64,000 nt of DNA, taken from assembly GCA_963662615.2 (NCBI GenBank), contig CAXXSR010000001.1, forward strand, positions 704,001 through 768,000, in the 5' to 3' direction. Made by a program: the position numbers and the translations under genes. This DNA comes from Dehalococcoidia bacterium. GTDB taxonomy: Bacteria > Chloroflexota > Dehalococcoidia > Bin125. The notes below the pieces were generated by a model. It worked only from the letters and a program-made list of their open reading frames with translations. It was not told where the DNA came from and did not search any database. Positions 56,872 through 64,000 of this stretch are shown here, piece after piece; within the stretch, counting starts at the first letter, position 1, and each line of letters starts with the position of its first letter.

Positions 56872-58044
56872 ATGGACTGGCTGCGCCGCCCCCTATCGGA
56901 GCAACAGCGCGCCAGCCTGCCCATCCTGGTGGTGGTCCGCTGGCTGATCCTCGGCGTGGTGCTCTTCTTTCTCAACTTCCACGCGGGCGCGGAGACCGGC
57001 GAGCGGATCGGCCTCAATCTCGTCCTCGTGGGCGCCGCCCTGCTCAACGCCCGCCTCCATTGGCTGATGTGGAACGGCCGGCGGATCCCCGTGGCCCTCC
57101 CGTTGCTCGCCAGCCTCTACGACATCACCGGGATCACGGCGGGCGTCGCTCTCATCGACGGCTTTGACAACCCCAACTTCCTCGTCTACTTCCCGGCCCT
57201 GCTCGCCTTCACCCTCGTCTTCCCCGGCTGGTGGAGCGTCCTCTACACGGCCGGCGCTCTGGCCGCCTACACGCCCATCAGCATCCTCACCCACTCCGCC
57301 TTCGACGGCGGTGACACGGCCGACGTCAAGGCCATGGTCCTCCGCCTTACCACCCTGGTGGCGACGCTCCTCATCGCCAACATGATCGTTCGCATCGAAC
57401 GGCGCCGCCGCGAACGCGCCGTGGCGGCCGAGCACGCCAGCGGCCTGGAACGCGAGCGTGTCTCCGAGGAGATCCATGACGGCGTCGCCCAGAACGTGTA
57501 CCTCTTGGCCATGAACCTGGAGATGCTCGCCGAGGTCGAGCGCGACCCCGACCGCGCCGAGCGCGTCAGCTCCATGGTCCGGCTCGCCAAGGAGACGCTG
57601 ATCGAGACGCGCGGCCTCCTCACGAACCTCCAGCCGGTGATGGCGGGCACGAAGGGCTTGCCGGACCTGGTCCGCACGCAGGCCGAGGAGTTCGCCGCCG
57701 TCACCCGCATCCCCGTCCACGTCAACATCGACGGCCCCCCCCGCGACCTCCCGCCCGAGTCCATCGGTGACATCTATCGCGTGGTCCAGGAGGGGCTGGC
57801 CAACGTCTACAAGCACGCCCGCGCCACGGAGGCCACGATCGCGCTCAACTACCGCCCCCACGACCTCCTCATCGAGGTGCGGGATAATGGCCGCGGCCTG
57901 GATCTCGTGGACGACGGCCACCGCGGCCACGGCATCCACAACATGCGCCAGCGCGCCGCTCGACTGGGTGGCGGTATCGTCTTCGAGGCGCTGGACGGGG
58001 GCGGCACCCGCCTCGCTATGACCGTGCCGCTGGGGAAGAGCTGA
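56872..58044 (+). CDS. Membrane sensor histidine kinase (HisKA_3)
   Basis: About 5-6 TM with no large extracellular loop; ERERVSEEIHDGVAQ, QEGLANVYKHA, DNGRG, GHGIHNMRQRA. Confidence 0.93.
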   Translation: MDWLRRPLSEQQRASLPILVVVRWLILGVVLFFLNFHAGAETGERIGLNLVLVGAALLNARLHWLMWNGRRIPVALPLLASLYDITGITAGVALIDGFDNPNFLVYFPALLAFTLVFPGWWSVLYTAGALAAYTPISILTHSAFDGGDTADVKAMVLRLTTLVATLLIANMIVRIERRRRERAVAAEHASGLERERVSEEIHDGVAQNVYLLAMNLEMLAEVERDPDRAERVSSMVRLAKETLIETRGLLTNLQPVMAGTKGLPDLVRTQAEEFAAVTRIPVHVNIDGPPRDLPPESIGDIYRVVQEGLANVYKHARATEATIALNYRPHDLLIEVRDNGRGLDLVDDGHRGHGIHNMRQRAARLGGGIVFEALDGGGTRLAMTVPLGKS

Positions 58045-58045
58045 G

Positions 58046-58714
58046 ATGAAGCAGATCCGCGTCTTGCTCGTCGACGATCACGCCGTCGTCCGCGCCGGCC
58101 TTCGCGCCATCCTCGAGGTTGAAGATGACATCGCCGTCGTCGCCGAAGCCGCCGACGGCGACGCCGCCGTCCGTGAGGCCCTCGCCGCCAACCCCGCCGT
58201 CGTGATCATGGACGTGCGCATGGGCCCCACCGACGGCATCCAGGCTTGCCGCGAGATCAAGAGTGAGCGCGACGGCATCGGCGTCCTCATGCTGACGTCG
58301 TTCGGCGGTGCCGAGGCGGTCGTGGCGGCCTTGGCGGCCTTGATGGCCGGCGCCTCCGGCTTCCTCCTCAAGAACACTGGCCGTGACGAACTCCTCCGCG
58401 CCATCCGCGCCGTCGCTCGCGGCGAGTCGTTGCTGGACGCCGCCGCCACCCGCCAGATCACCAACAAGATCGTGGACCTCGCCGCCGGCGGCGGCGCCCC
58501 GCTCGTCTCACGCCTCTCCGATCGAGAGCGGGAGGTCCTGACCTTGGTCGCGCAAGGTCACACGAACAAAGAGATCGCCGGAGAGCTGGTGATCTCCAAG
58601 GTCACGGCCCGCAACCACGTCAGCCACATCCTGGAGAAGTTGGGGATGAGCCGCCGCAGCGAGGCGGCCGCCTTCGCCGCCCAGATGGGTCTGCTGGACC
58701 AACCCTCCACCTAG
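58046..58714 (+). CDS. NarL/LuxR-family response regulator (DevR-like)
   Basis: VDDHAVVR, MDVRM, LMLTSF, LSDREREVL..VAQG.TNKEIA..L.IS..T..NHVS.IL.KL. Confidence 0.95.
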   Translation: MKQIRVLLVDDHAVVRAGLRAILEVEDDIAVVAEAADGDAAVREALAANPAVVIMDVRMGPTDGIQACREIKSERDGIGVLMLTSFGGAEAVVAALAALMAGASGFLLKNTGRDELLRAIRAVARGESLLDAAATRQITNKIVDLAAGGGAPLVSRLSDREREVLTLVAQGHTNKEIAGELVISKVTARNHVSHILEKLGMSRRSEAAAFAAQMGLLDQPST

Positions 58715-58797
58715 CCGCGCTCCAGGCGACACGCGTCGTGCTCACCCTGCCGCCGTCCAAGTGAGCGGGCCAGCCGCGGGCTCGGAACGCGCAAAAC

Positions 58798-58833
58798 GGT
58801 GCCCAGGGGCAGAATCGAACTGCCGGCACAGCG
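58798..58833 (-). mobile_element. Degenerate att-like copy of the tRNA-Phe 3' end
   Basis: GGTGCCCAGGGGCAGAATCGAACTGCCGGCACAGCG versus tRNA GGTGCCGAGGGGCAGAATCGAACTGCCGACACCGCG. Confidence 0.8.
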
Positions 58834-58868
58834 CCTGCCGGCACAGCGCCCGCCAACCGAGCCCCAAC

Positions 58869-59318
58869 TTATTCGCGCCAGAACTGCGCCAGGGCGTCGG
58901 CAACAGCCCGATGCTGGGCGGGACTCAGGCGGCTTGCGAACTCGCGCTCAAGATCGCCGCGGTGCTTGGCGATCGCGCCCTCGTAGGCGCGCGCGCCCTT
59001 CGCAGTGAGGACGACGAACACGCCTCTGCGATCCCGTGGTACGCGGTCGCGGCGCACGAACCCCGCCTTCTCGATTCGGTCCACGAGGCGCGTCATGCCG
59101 CTGCGGGTAAAGAGCGATCGCTCCTGCAGCTCCTGCATGCGCAGTCGCTGGTCGGGTGCGTCGTAGAGCCGGCCCAGCACGTCCAGGAACGCCAGCGACA
59201 CCCCGGAATGCTCTTGCAGGTCGCGTTCGACGGCGTGGAACACCTGCGCGTTGGTGAAGATGATGCCTCGCCAGGCATCCCACCAAGCCGGTTCGGAGGA
59301 AGCAGCGTCAACGGGCAT
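58869..59318 (-). CDS. MarR-family transcriptional regulator
   Basis: LRMQELQE...TRSGMTRLVDRIEKAGFVRR....DRRG..V.LT..G. Confidence 0.92.
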   Translation of the reverse strand: MPVDAASSEPAWWDAWRGIIFTNAQVFHAVERDLQEHSGVSLAFLDVLGRLYDAPDQRLRMQELQERSLFTRSGMTRLVDRIEKAGFVRRDRVPRDRRGVFVVLTAKGARAYEGAIAKHRGDLEREFASRLSPAQHRAVADALAQFWRE

Positions 59319-59339
59319 GGCCCCAGCTTACCGCGCAAT

Positions 59340-59412
59340 ATGCTTTCGCAATGACTGTCAGAATAATATAATGGATTACAGTGTTTGATAAAGCAAACAG
59401 TGCGGTTGTATA
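59340..59412. promoter_or_regulatory. AT-rich divergent promoter with probable MarR operator
   Basis: TATAAT at 59367-59372; palindrome TGTTTG-ATAAAG-CAAACA at 59382-59399. Confidence 0.6.
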
Positions 59413-59568
59413 CATCCACTTGGACCCCGCCCGGGGGTGCCGGAAGAAGGGGAGCCATGGACACCGGCATCATGGCGAACGGCACCGAGAATGCACCGCT
59501 CTTGGCGGACCGCCAGACGGGCACGGGTTGGGGCTAAAGAAGCAGGACAGACAGGAAGGATGCACGCA

Positions 59569-59838
59569 ATGACGACGCTCTTCGTTCGGCACCAGGTTGA
59601 CGATTTCGCGAAGTGGAAGCAGGTGTACGACGACTTCCGCCCAAAGCAGCAGCAGTTGGGCATCACGGCGGAGGCCGTGTACCGCGCCGCCGACAACGCG
59701 AACGACGTGACCGTGATGCACGAATTCGCGACCCTCGAGGCCGCCCAGCAGTTCATGGCGAGCGACCTCTTGCGCGAGGCGATGCAGAAGGCCGGGGTCG
59801 CCGGGAAGCCCACGATCTGGTTCGCCGACAAGACGTAA
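59569..59838 (+). CDS. Small dimeric alpha/beta-barrel (cyclase/ABM-like) protein
   Basis: VRHQVDDFAKWKQVYD...YR..DN.NDV.V..EF...A..F..S..LREAM..AGV.G.P.IWF. Confidence 0.8.
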   Translation: MTTLFVRHQVDDFAKWKQVYDDFRPKQQQLGITAEAVYRAADNANDVTVMHEFATLEAAQQFMASDLLREAMQKAGVAGKPTIWFADKT

Positions 59839-60030
59839 CGCCGGCACGCCACGCCGGTCGCCGAGCAGCCCAGGACATCGCCTGGACCAATGGCAACCTG
59901 CACGCCCGCTCCGGCACGTCTATCTGCCCCAGTGCACGATTCGCGGCCTGGTCGCTGTCGAACCTGCTGCAAGAGATAACGGCCCTTCGCAGCGATTACG
60001 CCGTGAATCGCCCTGACCAGATGGGGAAAA

Positions 60031-60069
60031 TGGCGCCGCCGGGCAGAATCGAACTGCCGGCACCGCGAT
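60031..60069 (-). mobile_element. Second degenerate att-like copy of the tRNA-Phe 3' end
   Basis: TGGCGCCGCCGGGCAGAATCGAACTGCCGGCACCGCGAT. Confidence 0.8.
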
Positions 60070-60168
60070 GGGCGCGGCCCGCGGCCGGCGGGCACGAATG
60101 CGTGCCGGGTGATCGAGCGGGTGCTGGCTCGCGTACAACTGGACAGAGAAATGGAGAGTGAGGCCAGG

Positions 60169-60885
60169 ATGTCCCAACGATTCCGCAACCGCGTCCTTCC
60201 CTTCGCGCTGCTCGTGCTTGTGCTGAGCGCGGCTTCAGCAGCAACGGCGGCCGTGTCCAATGACTCGCGCCCCGCTGCGGGGGCGACTCCGCCTGCCACC
60301 CAGGTGGGCAGCGTGGTGATCTCCGCCGTCACGGTGGCCGGCGCCGGAAGCGCCCTCAGCGTCACCAACCTTGGCGGCGACGCCGTGGATCTCACCGGCT
60401 GGTTCGTCTGCAACGCGCCCGGCTACTGGCCGCTTCCTGCACGTACGCTGGCAGCGGGCGAGTCCTTCACCATCCATGCCGGGAGCGGCGCCGACACGGA
60501 CACGGACGTGTACGCGGCGGGGGGCTTCGGCAGCCTGGATGATATTGGCGAGGTGGCTCTCTACACGCAGCCCCAATTCGAGGACCCCGGCAGCATTGTC
60601 GCCTACGTAGGCTGGAACGGCGGCAAGGTGCGCAAAGGCGTCGCGCAGGCCGCCGGTATCTGGGGCGACGCCGACGTCACGCTGGCGCTCGGCGACACGA
60701 TCGTGCGAACCGGCTCTGCGCCCGACGCCAGCGCCTACTCGGTCGCGGTCGAGGGACTGCCCGCCACGGGCTCGGGCGGGCTCGCCGACGCCGGCGCTTC
60801 CGCCGGCTGGCTGTGGGGGATCGTGGCGGCCGTGGCAGCGGCCGGTCTCCTGATCGCCGCCCGGCGCGTGATCCGTCGCGACTGA
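60169..60885 (+). CDS. Secreted lamin-tail-like domain protein with LPATG anchor
   Basis: Signal peptide; VVIS...VTNLGGDAVDLTGW...LP..TLAAGE.F; LPATGSGGLA + TM + RRVIRR. Confidence 0.8.
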   Translation: MSQRFRNRVLPFALLVLVLSAASAATAAVSNDSRPAAGATPPATQVGSVVISAVTVAGAGSALSVTNLGGDAVDLTGWFVCNAPGYWPLPARTLAAGESFTIHAGSGADTDTDVYAAGGFGSLDDIGEVALYTQPQFEDPGSIVAYVGWNGGKVRKGVAQAAGIWGDADVTLALGDTIVRTGSAPDASAYSVAVEGLPATGSGGLADAGASAGWLWGIVAAVAAAGLLIAARRVIRRD

Positions 60886-61175
60886 CCCCAGGCGGTGTGG
60901 TCGCGCGGGGCAGGCATCGGATTCTTCCCGCCTCCTCGGCAGGCCGGGCGCTAGCGAGCGCCTGCTCCCGCTGAATTCGGGCGGAGTCGTTTGAGTCGGC
61001 TCGCCGCACCGTAATTGGGCGGGGAGAGCAGAAGGCCCGCTGCCTGCCTCCGGGGGGCTCTCAGGACTGACGGTCGAGCCGCCAGACCTCGCGTCTGGGA
61101 GCCGCTGGGAGTAGGAGCGCGGCACCGCCCCCTGAGCGAACGAAATTGCAGCGAGGGCGGCCGCTCACGCGAAAG

Positions 61176-61251
61176 TGGTGCCGAGGGGCAGAATCGAACT
61201 GCCGACACCGCGATTTTCAGTCGCGTGCTCTACCGACTGAGCTACCTCGGC
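61176..61251 (-). tRNA. tRNA-Phe(GAA)
   Basis: GCCGAGGTAGCTCAGTCGGTAGAGC-ACGCGA-CTGAAAA-TCGCG...GTTCGATTC...CACCA. Confidence 0.97.
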
Positions 61252-61262
61252 CCGTCTTCCGC

Positions 61263-61291
61263 ATTTCATCGGACCGCGGCCGAGCCGTCAA
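61263..61291 (-). promoter_or_regulatory. Putative sigma70 promoter of tRNA-Phe
   Basis: TTGACG-N17-TGAAAT, 11 bp upstream of the tRNA; a homologous copy lies at 21888-21916. Confidence 0.6.
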
Positions 61292-61320
61292 CCATCGATC
61301 GTGAAACGCCCCACCCCGCC

Positions 61321-61647
61321 TCAGGGGCGAGCGCAGTCAGGGAGCGGCTCGCCAACCTGCGCCGATTGCCAGCAGTTCCGCTCCGAGATCAGCCTTCCGC
61401 CAATGGTGAACACGTAGGGCCGTTGCCACCGATCCCTGGCTCCGTTCGGCGCCACGTACTCGATCGTCAGCATCGAGCCGCCCAGCACCGGGTCAACCTG
61501 GGTGGCCACCACGGTCCAGGGCTCCAGCTCCGTTGCGTCCTCCGCCAGAGTCGCCTCGTCCTGCTCTAACTCGGCCCCCAATTGGCAGGCCGACGCCAGC
61601 GCAATCACGGCCAAGACGAAACCCGCGAGCGCGACCTGTCGGATCAT
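61321..61647 (-). CDS. Small lipoprotein
   Basis: MIRQVALAGFVLAVIALASAC lipobox; C-terminal Cys pair. Confidence 0.65.
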   Translation of the reverse strand: MIRQVALAGFVLAVIALASACQLGAELEQDEATLAEDATELEPWTVVATQVDPVLGGSMLTIEYVAPNGARDRWQRPYVFTIGGRLISERNCWQSAQVGEPLPDCARP

Positions 61648-61804
61648 CAGTCGAATTCTAGTTCACCGCGCGGGACAACGCCGAGGGCGCAAGAGTCGGA
61701 AGCGAGGGGCGCGGAGCCTGCACGACCGAAGCCTGCACCGCCGCGCCCGACCATCCCTGCGGCACGCGCACCAGCCCCCTCGCCGCCCGGCAACGAGCGC
61801 CGGC

Positions 61805-63043
61805 CTAGCCCTTGCGCGCCGGCTCCTTGCTCCAGACCCCCAGCCGCTGCAGCGTCGCGATCTCGTCGTCCGACTTTCCCAGCAGCTCTTTCAGCACCTC
61901 CTCCGTGTGCTGGCCCAGCAAGGGAGCGGGTCCCGTGATACGCGCGGGCGTCTTGGAGAGACGAATCGCCGGACCGGGGTAGAGGGCGCTCCCCATGACG
62001 GGGTGTTCGACGGCGACATGGAAGCCGCGGGCCTGGAGGTGAGGGTCGGCCAGGATCTCCGACGCTGACAGCACCGCGCCCGCTGCCACGCCGGCCGATT
62101 GCAACTCCTCCATCGCCTCCCGATGCGATCGCGACGCCGTCCACGCGCCCACACGCTCGTCAATGAGGTCGTGGGCGGCCCGCCGGCCCTCCAGCGTCTC
62201 CAGCAGCGGCTCTCGCGCCCACTCGGGATCGCCCAGCGCCGCGCGCAGCCGCGGCCAGTCGGCATCATCCCGACAGGCGATCACGACAAAGCGGTCGCTC
62301 CCGTTGGCCGACCGGCAGGGATAGACCCCGTGCGGCGCCATGGACGGGTGCCGATTGCCATAGCGCCGCGGATTGCGTCCCGTCGCCGCGTATTCCAGCA
62401 GCCGGTCCGCCCCGTGCGGGATGGCCGTCTCCAGCTCGCTCAACGCAATATGGCGCCCCTGTCCCGTACGCCGGCGCTCTCGGATCGCGGTGAGCACGGC
62501 GAACGCACCCAACGCTCCCGAGGCAGGGTCGCCGTAGGCATTGGTCGTGAGCAGCGGCGGCCCGTCGGGGTAGCCGTTCGTGGCCGTGATGCCGGCCATC
62601 GACTCCACCGTCGTGCCAATGGCCACGTAGTCCTTCTCCGGACCGCTGTCCCCAAACGCCGACAGCGAGAGCAGCACCAAGCGCGGATGGCGCGCGGTCA
62701 GGCCGGCGGGCTCCAGACCAAGTTTCCGCACGACGCGGGGCGGGTAGTTCTCCACCAGCACGTCCGACATCGCCAGCAATTCGTGGAAGAGCGACTGCCC
62801 CTCCGGGATCTGCAGGTCGATGGTGATACCGCGTTTGTTGCGATTGATCGAGTTGTGGTTGGGCGCCGACTCGTGGCGCTGGTCCCCCGGCTGCGCGTCG
62901 GGGTGCGGCGAGCCGCGCCACCAGTCGTAGTAGCGCGCCGCCTCGATCTTGATTACCTCCGCCCCAAACAGCGACAGCATGTAGGCCGCCATCGGGCCCG
63001 CCCACCCCTGCGACAGATCGAGCACGCGCATGCGCTCAGCCAT
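61805..63043 (-). CDS. Family III CoA-transferase (CaiB/BaiF)
   Basis: RVLDLSQGWAGP, GAEVIKIE, NRNKRGITIDL, DVLVENY, APLLGQHT. Confidence 0.92.
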   Translation of the reverse strand: MAERMRVLDLSQGWAGPMAAYMLSLFGAEVIKIEAARYYDWWRGSPHPDAQPGDQRHESAPNHNSINRNKRGITIDLQIPEGQSLFHELLAMSDVLVENYPPRVVRKLGLEPAGLTARHPRLVLLSLSAFGDSGPEKDYVAIGTTVESMAGITATNGYPDGPPLLTTNAYGDPASGALGAFAVLTAIRERRRTGQGRHIALSELETAIPHGADRLLEYAATGRNPRRYGNRHPSMAPHGVYPCRSANGSDRFVVIACRDDADWPRLRAALGDPEWAREPLLETLEGRRAAHDLIDERVGAWTASRSHREAMEELQSAGVAAGAVLSASEILADPHLQARGFHVAVEHPVMGSALYPGPAIRLSKTPARITGPAPLLGQHTEEVLKELLGKSDDEIATLQRLGVWSKEPARKG

Positions 63044-64000
63044 CGCGCACCTCTGGCGACTCCGCGCTCGCCGCCTCCGCGATCCCCGCCGCCGCCAGCA
63101 CCGCGCGCGTGTGCTCCCCCAGCGACGGCGCCGGCGCCAGCCCCCGCCCGCCCTCCAGCGAGCCCGCCAGCCGAAACGGCAACCCCGGCACGCGCACGGT
63201 GCGCTCCCCAACCGGCAGCGCGTCCCAGTAGTCGCGCGCTTCCAACTGCGGCGATGCGTACACCTGCGCCGCCGTGGGCACGAAATTGAACGGCAACCCC
63301 CGCCCCTGCGATGCGTGGTAGAAGGAGACGGCATCTTGACGCCGTGTCCACCCGCCCACCAGCGCGTCCAGCGCCTCGGCGTTCGCTTCACGCGCCTCGG
63401 GCGAGCGGAACCGCGGATCGTCCCGCAGCTCTGGCCGGCCCATCGCTTCGAAGAGTCGGCCCAAGTGCCACGACAGCAACACGTGCACGCCGCACCAGCC
63501 GTCGCGCGCCGGCTGGATCCCCACCAGCGGGATGAGCGACGAGAAGGAGCGTCCGGCGCGCTCCCGCTCCACACCCGTGTACTGGAAGCGGACGGTATCG
63601 AACATCGCCGCCGCCGCAATCGCCTCCTGCGCCGCCACCTCAACGGCCTGGCCGCCCACCTCGTCCACGGCCTCCAGCGCCGCCATCGTCCCCACCGCTC
63701 CGTACACCCCCGTCATGAACAGCCCCAGCGCGGACCCCGTGATCACGGGCGGGCGCTCGCGCTCCCCCATCGCGTGGACCCAACCGCCCAGCGCCTGCAG
63801 CACGCCGAACGTCGCCTCGTAGCCCGCATAGGGGCCGTCCTGTCCGAACGGCGTGATCGACGTGCACACCAGACGCGGCAACGACGCCTCTAGCGACGCC
63901 TGATCGAGCCCGCGCGATCGCATCCCACCGGGCGCCGCCGAATCCAACAGCACGTCGGCCCCGGCCAGCAGTCGCCGCAAGCTGCGGACGCCCCCGGTCG
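63036..64000 (-). CDS. Family III CoA-transferase-like subunit, 5' end outside the window
   Basis: ADVLLDS, SITPFGQDGPY, DDPRF, APSLGEHT; overlaps the downstream paralog start. Confidence 0.88.
   Translation of the reverse strand, partial: TGGVRSLRRLLAGADVLLDSAAPGGMRSRGLDQASLEASLPRLVCTSITPFGQDGPYAGYEATFGVLQALGGWVHAMGERERPPVITGSALGLFMTGVYGAVGTMAALEAVDEVGGQAVEVAAQEAIAAAAMFDTVRFQYTGVERERAGRSFSSLIPLVGIQPARDGWCGVHVLLSWHLGRLFEAMGRPELRDDPRFRSPEAREANAEALDALVGGWTRRQDAVSFYHASQGRGLPFNFVPTAAQVYASPQLEARDYWDALPVGERTVRVPGLPFRLAGSLEGGRGLAPAPSLGEHTRAVLAAAGIAEAASAESPEVRDG

Noticed and set aside
43276-61176. A single intact prophage or ICE between the integrase stub and tRNA-Phe
   Set aside because: No structural, replication or conjugation genes, and no matching att copy found near 43.3 kb; it looks like a patchwork of relics.
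61805-63643. 612-aa fused CoA-transferase
   Set aside because: The first 200 codons are an off-frame overlap with the upstream paralog; the real start is ATG 63043.

Overview
High-GC bacterial window with no rRNA and no CRISPR array. Gene content (three luciferase-like monooxygenases, family III CoA-transferases, ECF/anti-sigma-type genes, LPxTG-like secreted proteins) suggests Chloroflexota, Dehalococcoidia/SAR202-like; this is inference. 0-8.5 kb: multi-PAS hybrid kinase, thiol dioxygenase, divergent ECF sigma pair and a secreted tandem-repeat protein. 10-24.6 kb: compatible-solute region with mannosylfructose-type synthase and phosphatase, fructokinase, GH100-like hydrolase, GH130/GT4, GDP-mannose supply genes, and an IPCT-DIPPS-HAD triple fusion. 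There are four tRNAs (Asn, Gln, Leu, Phe; all minus strand). Asn and Phe each have duplicated 3' ends downstream, marking stacked insertions. A chimeric pseudo-tRNA at 21.8 kb joins the tRNA-Phe promoter/5' end to the tRNA-Asn 3' end through a hairpin. The best candidate for an undescribed system is a split envelope-stress-like regulon. A HisKA_3/NarL two-component pair sits at 56.9-58.7 kb. Its kinase membrane domain recurs as two stand-alone paralogs in an operon with PspA-like and TelA genes at 25.6-29.4 kb. The same tandem ATGGG(T/A)C-N4-G(T/A)CCCAT operator occurs at both loci. All family calls are by eye from motifs; no searches were run.
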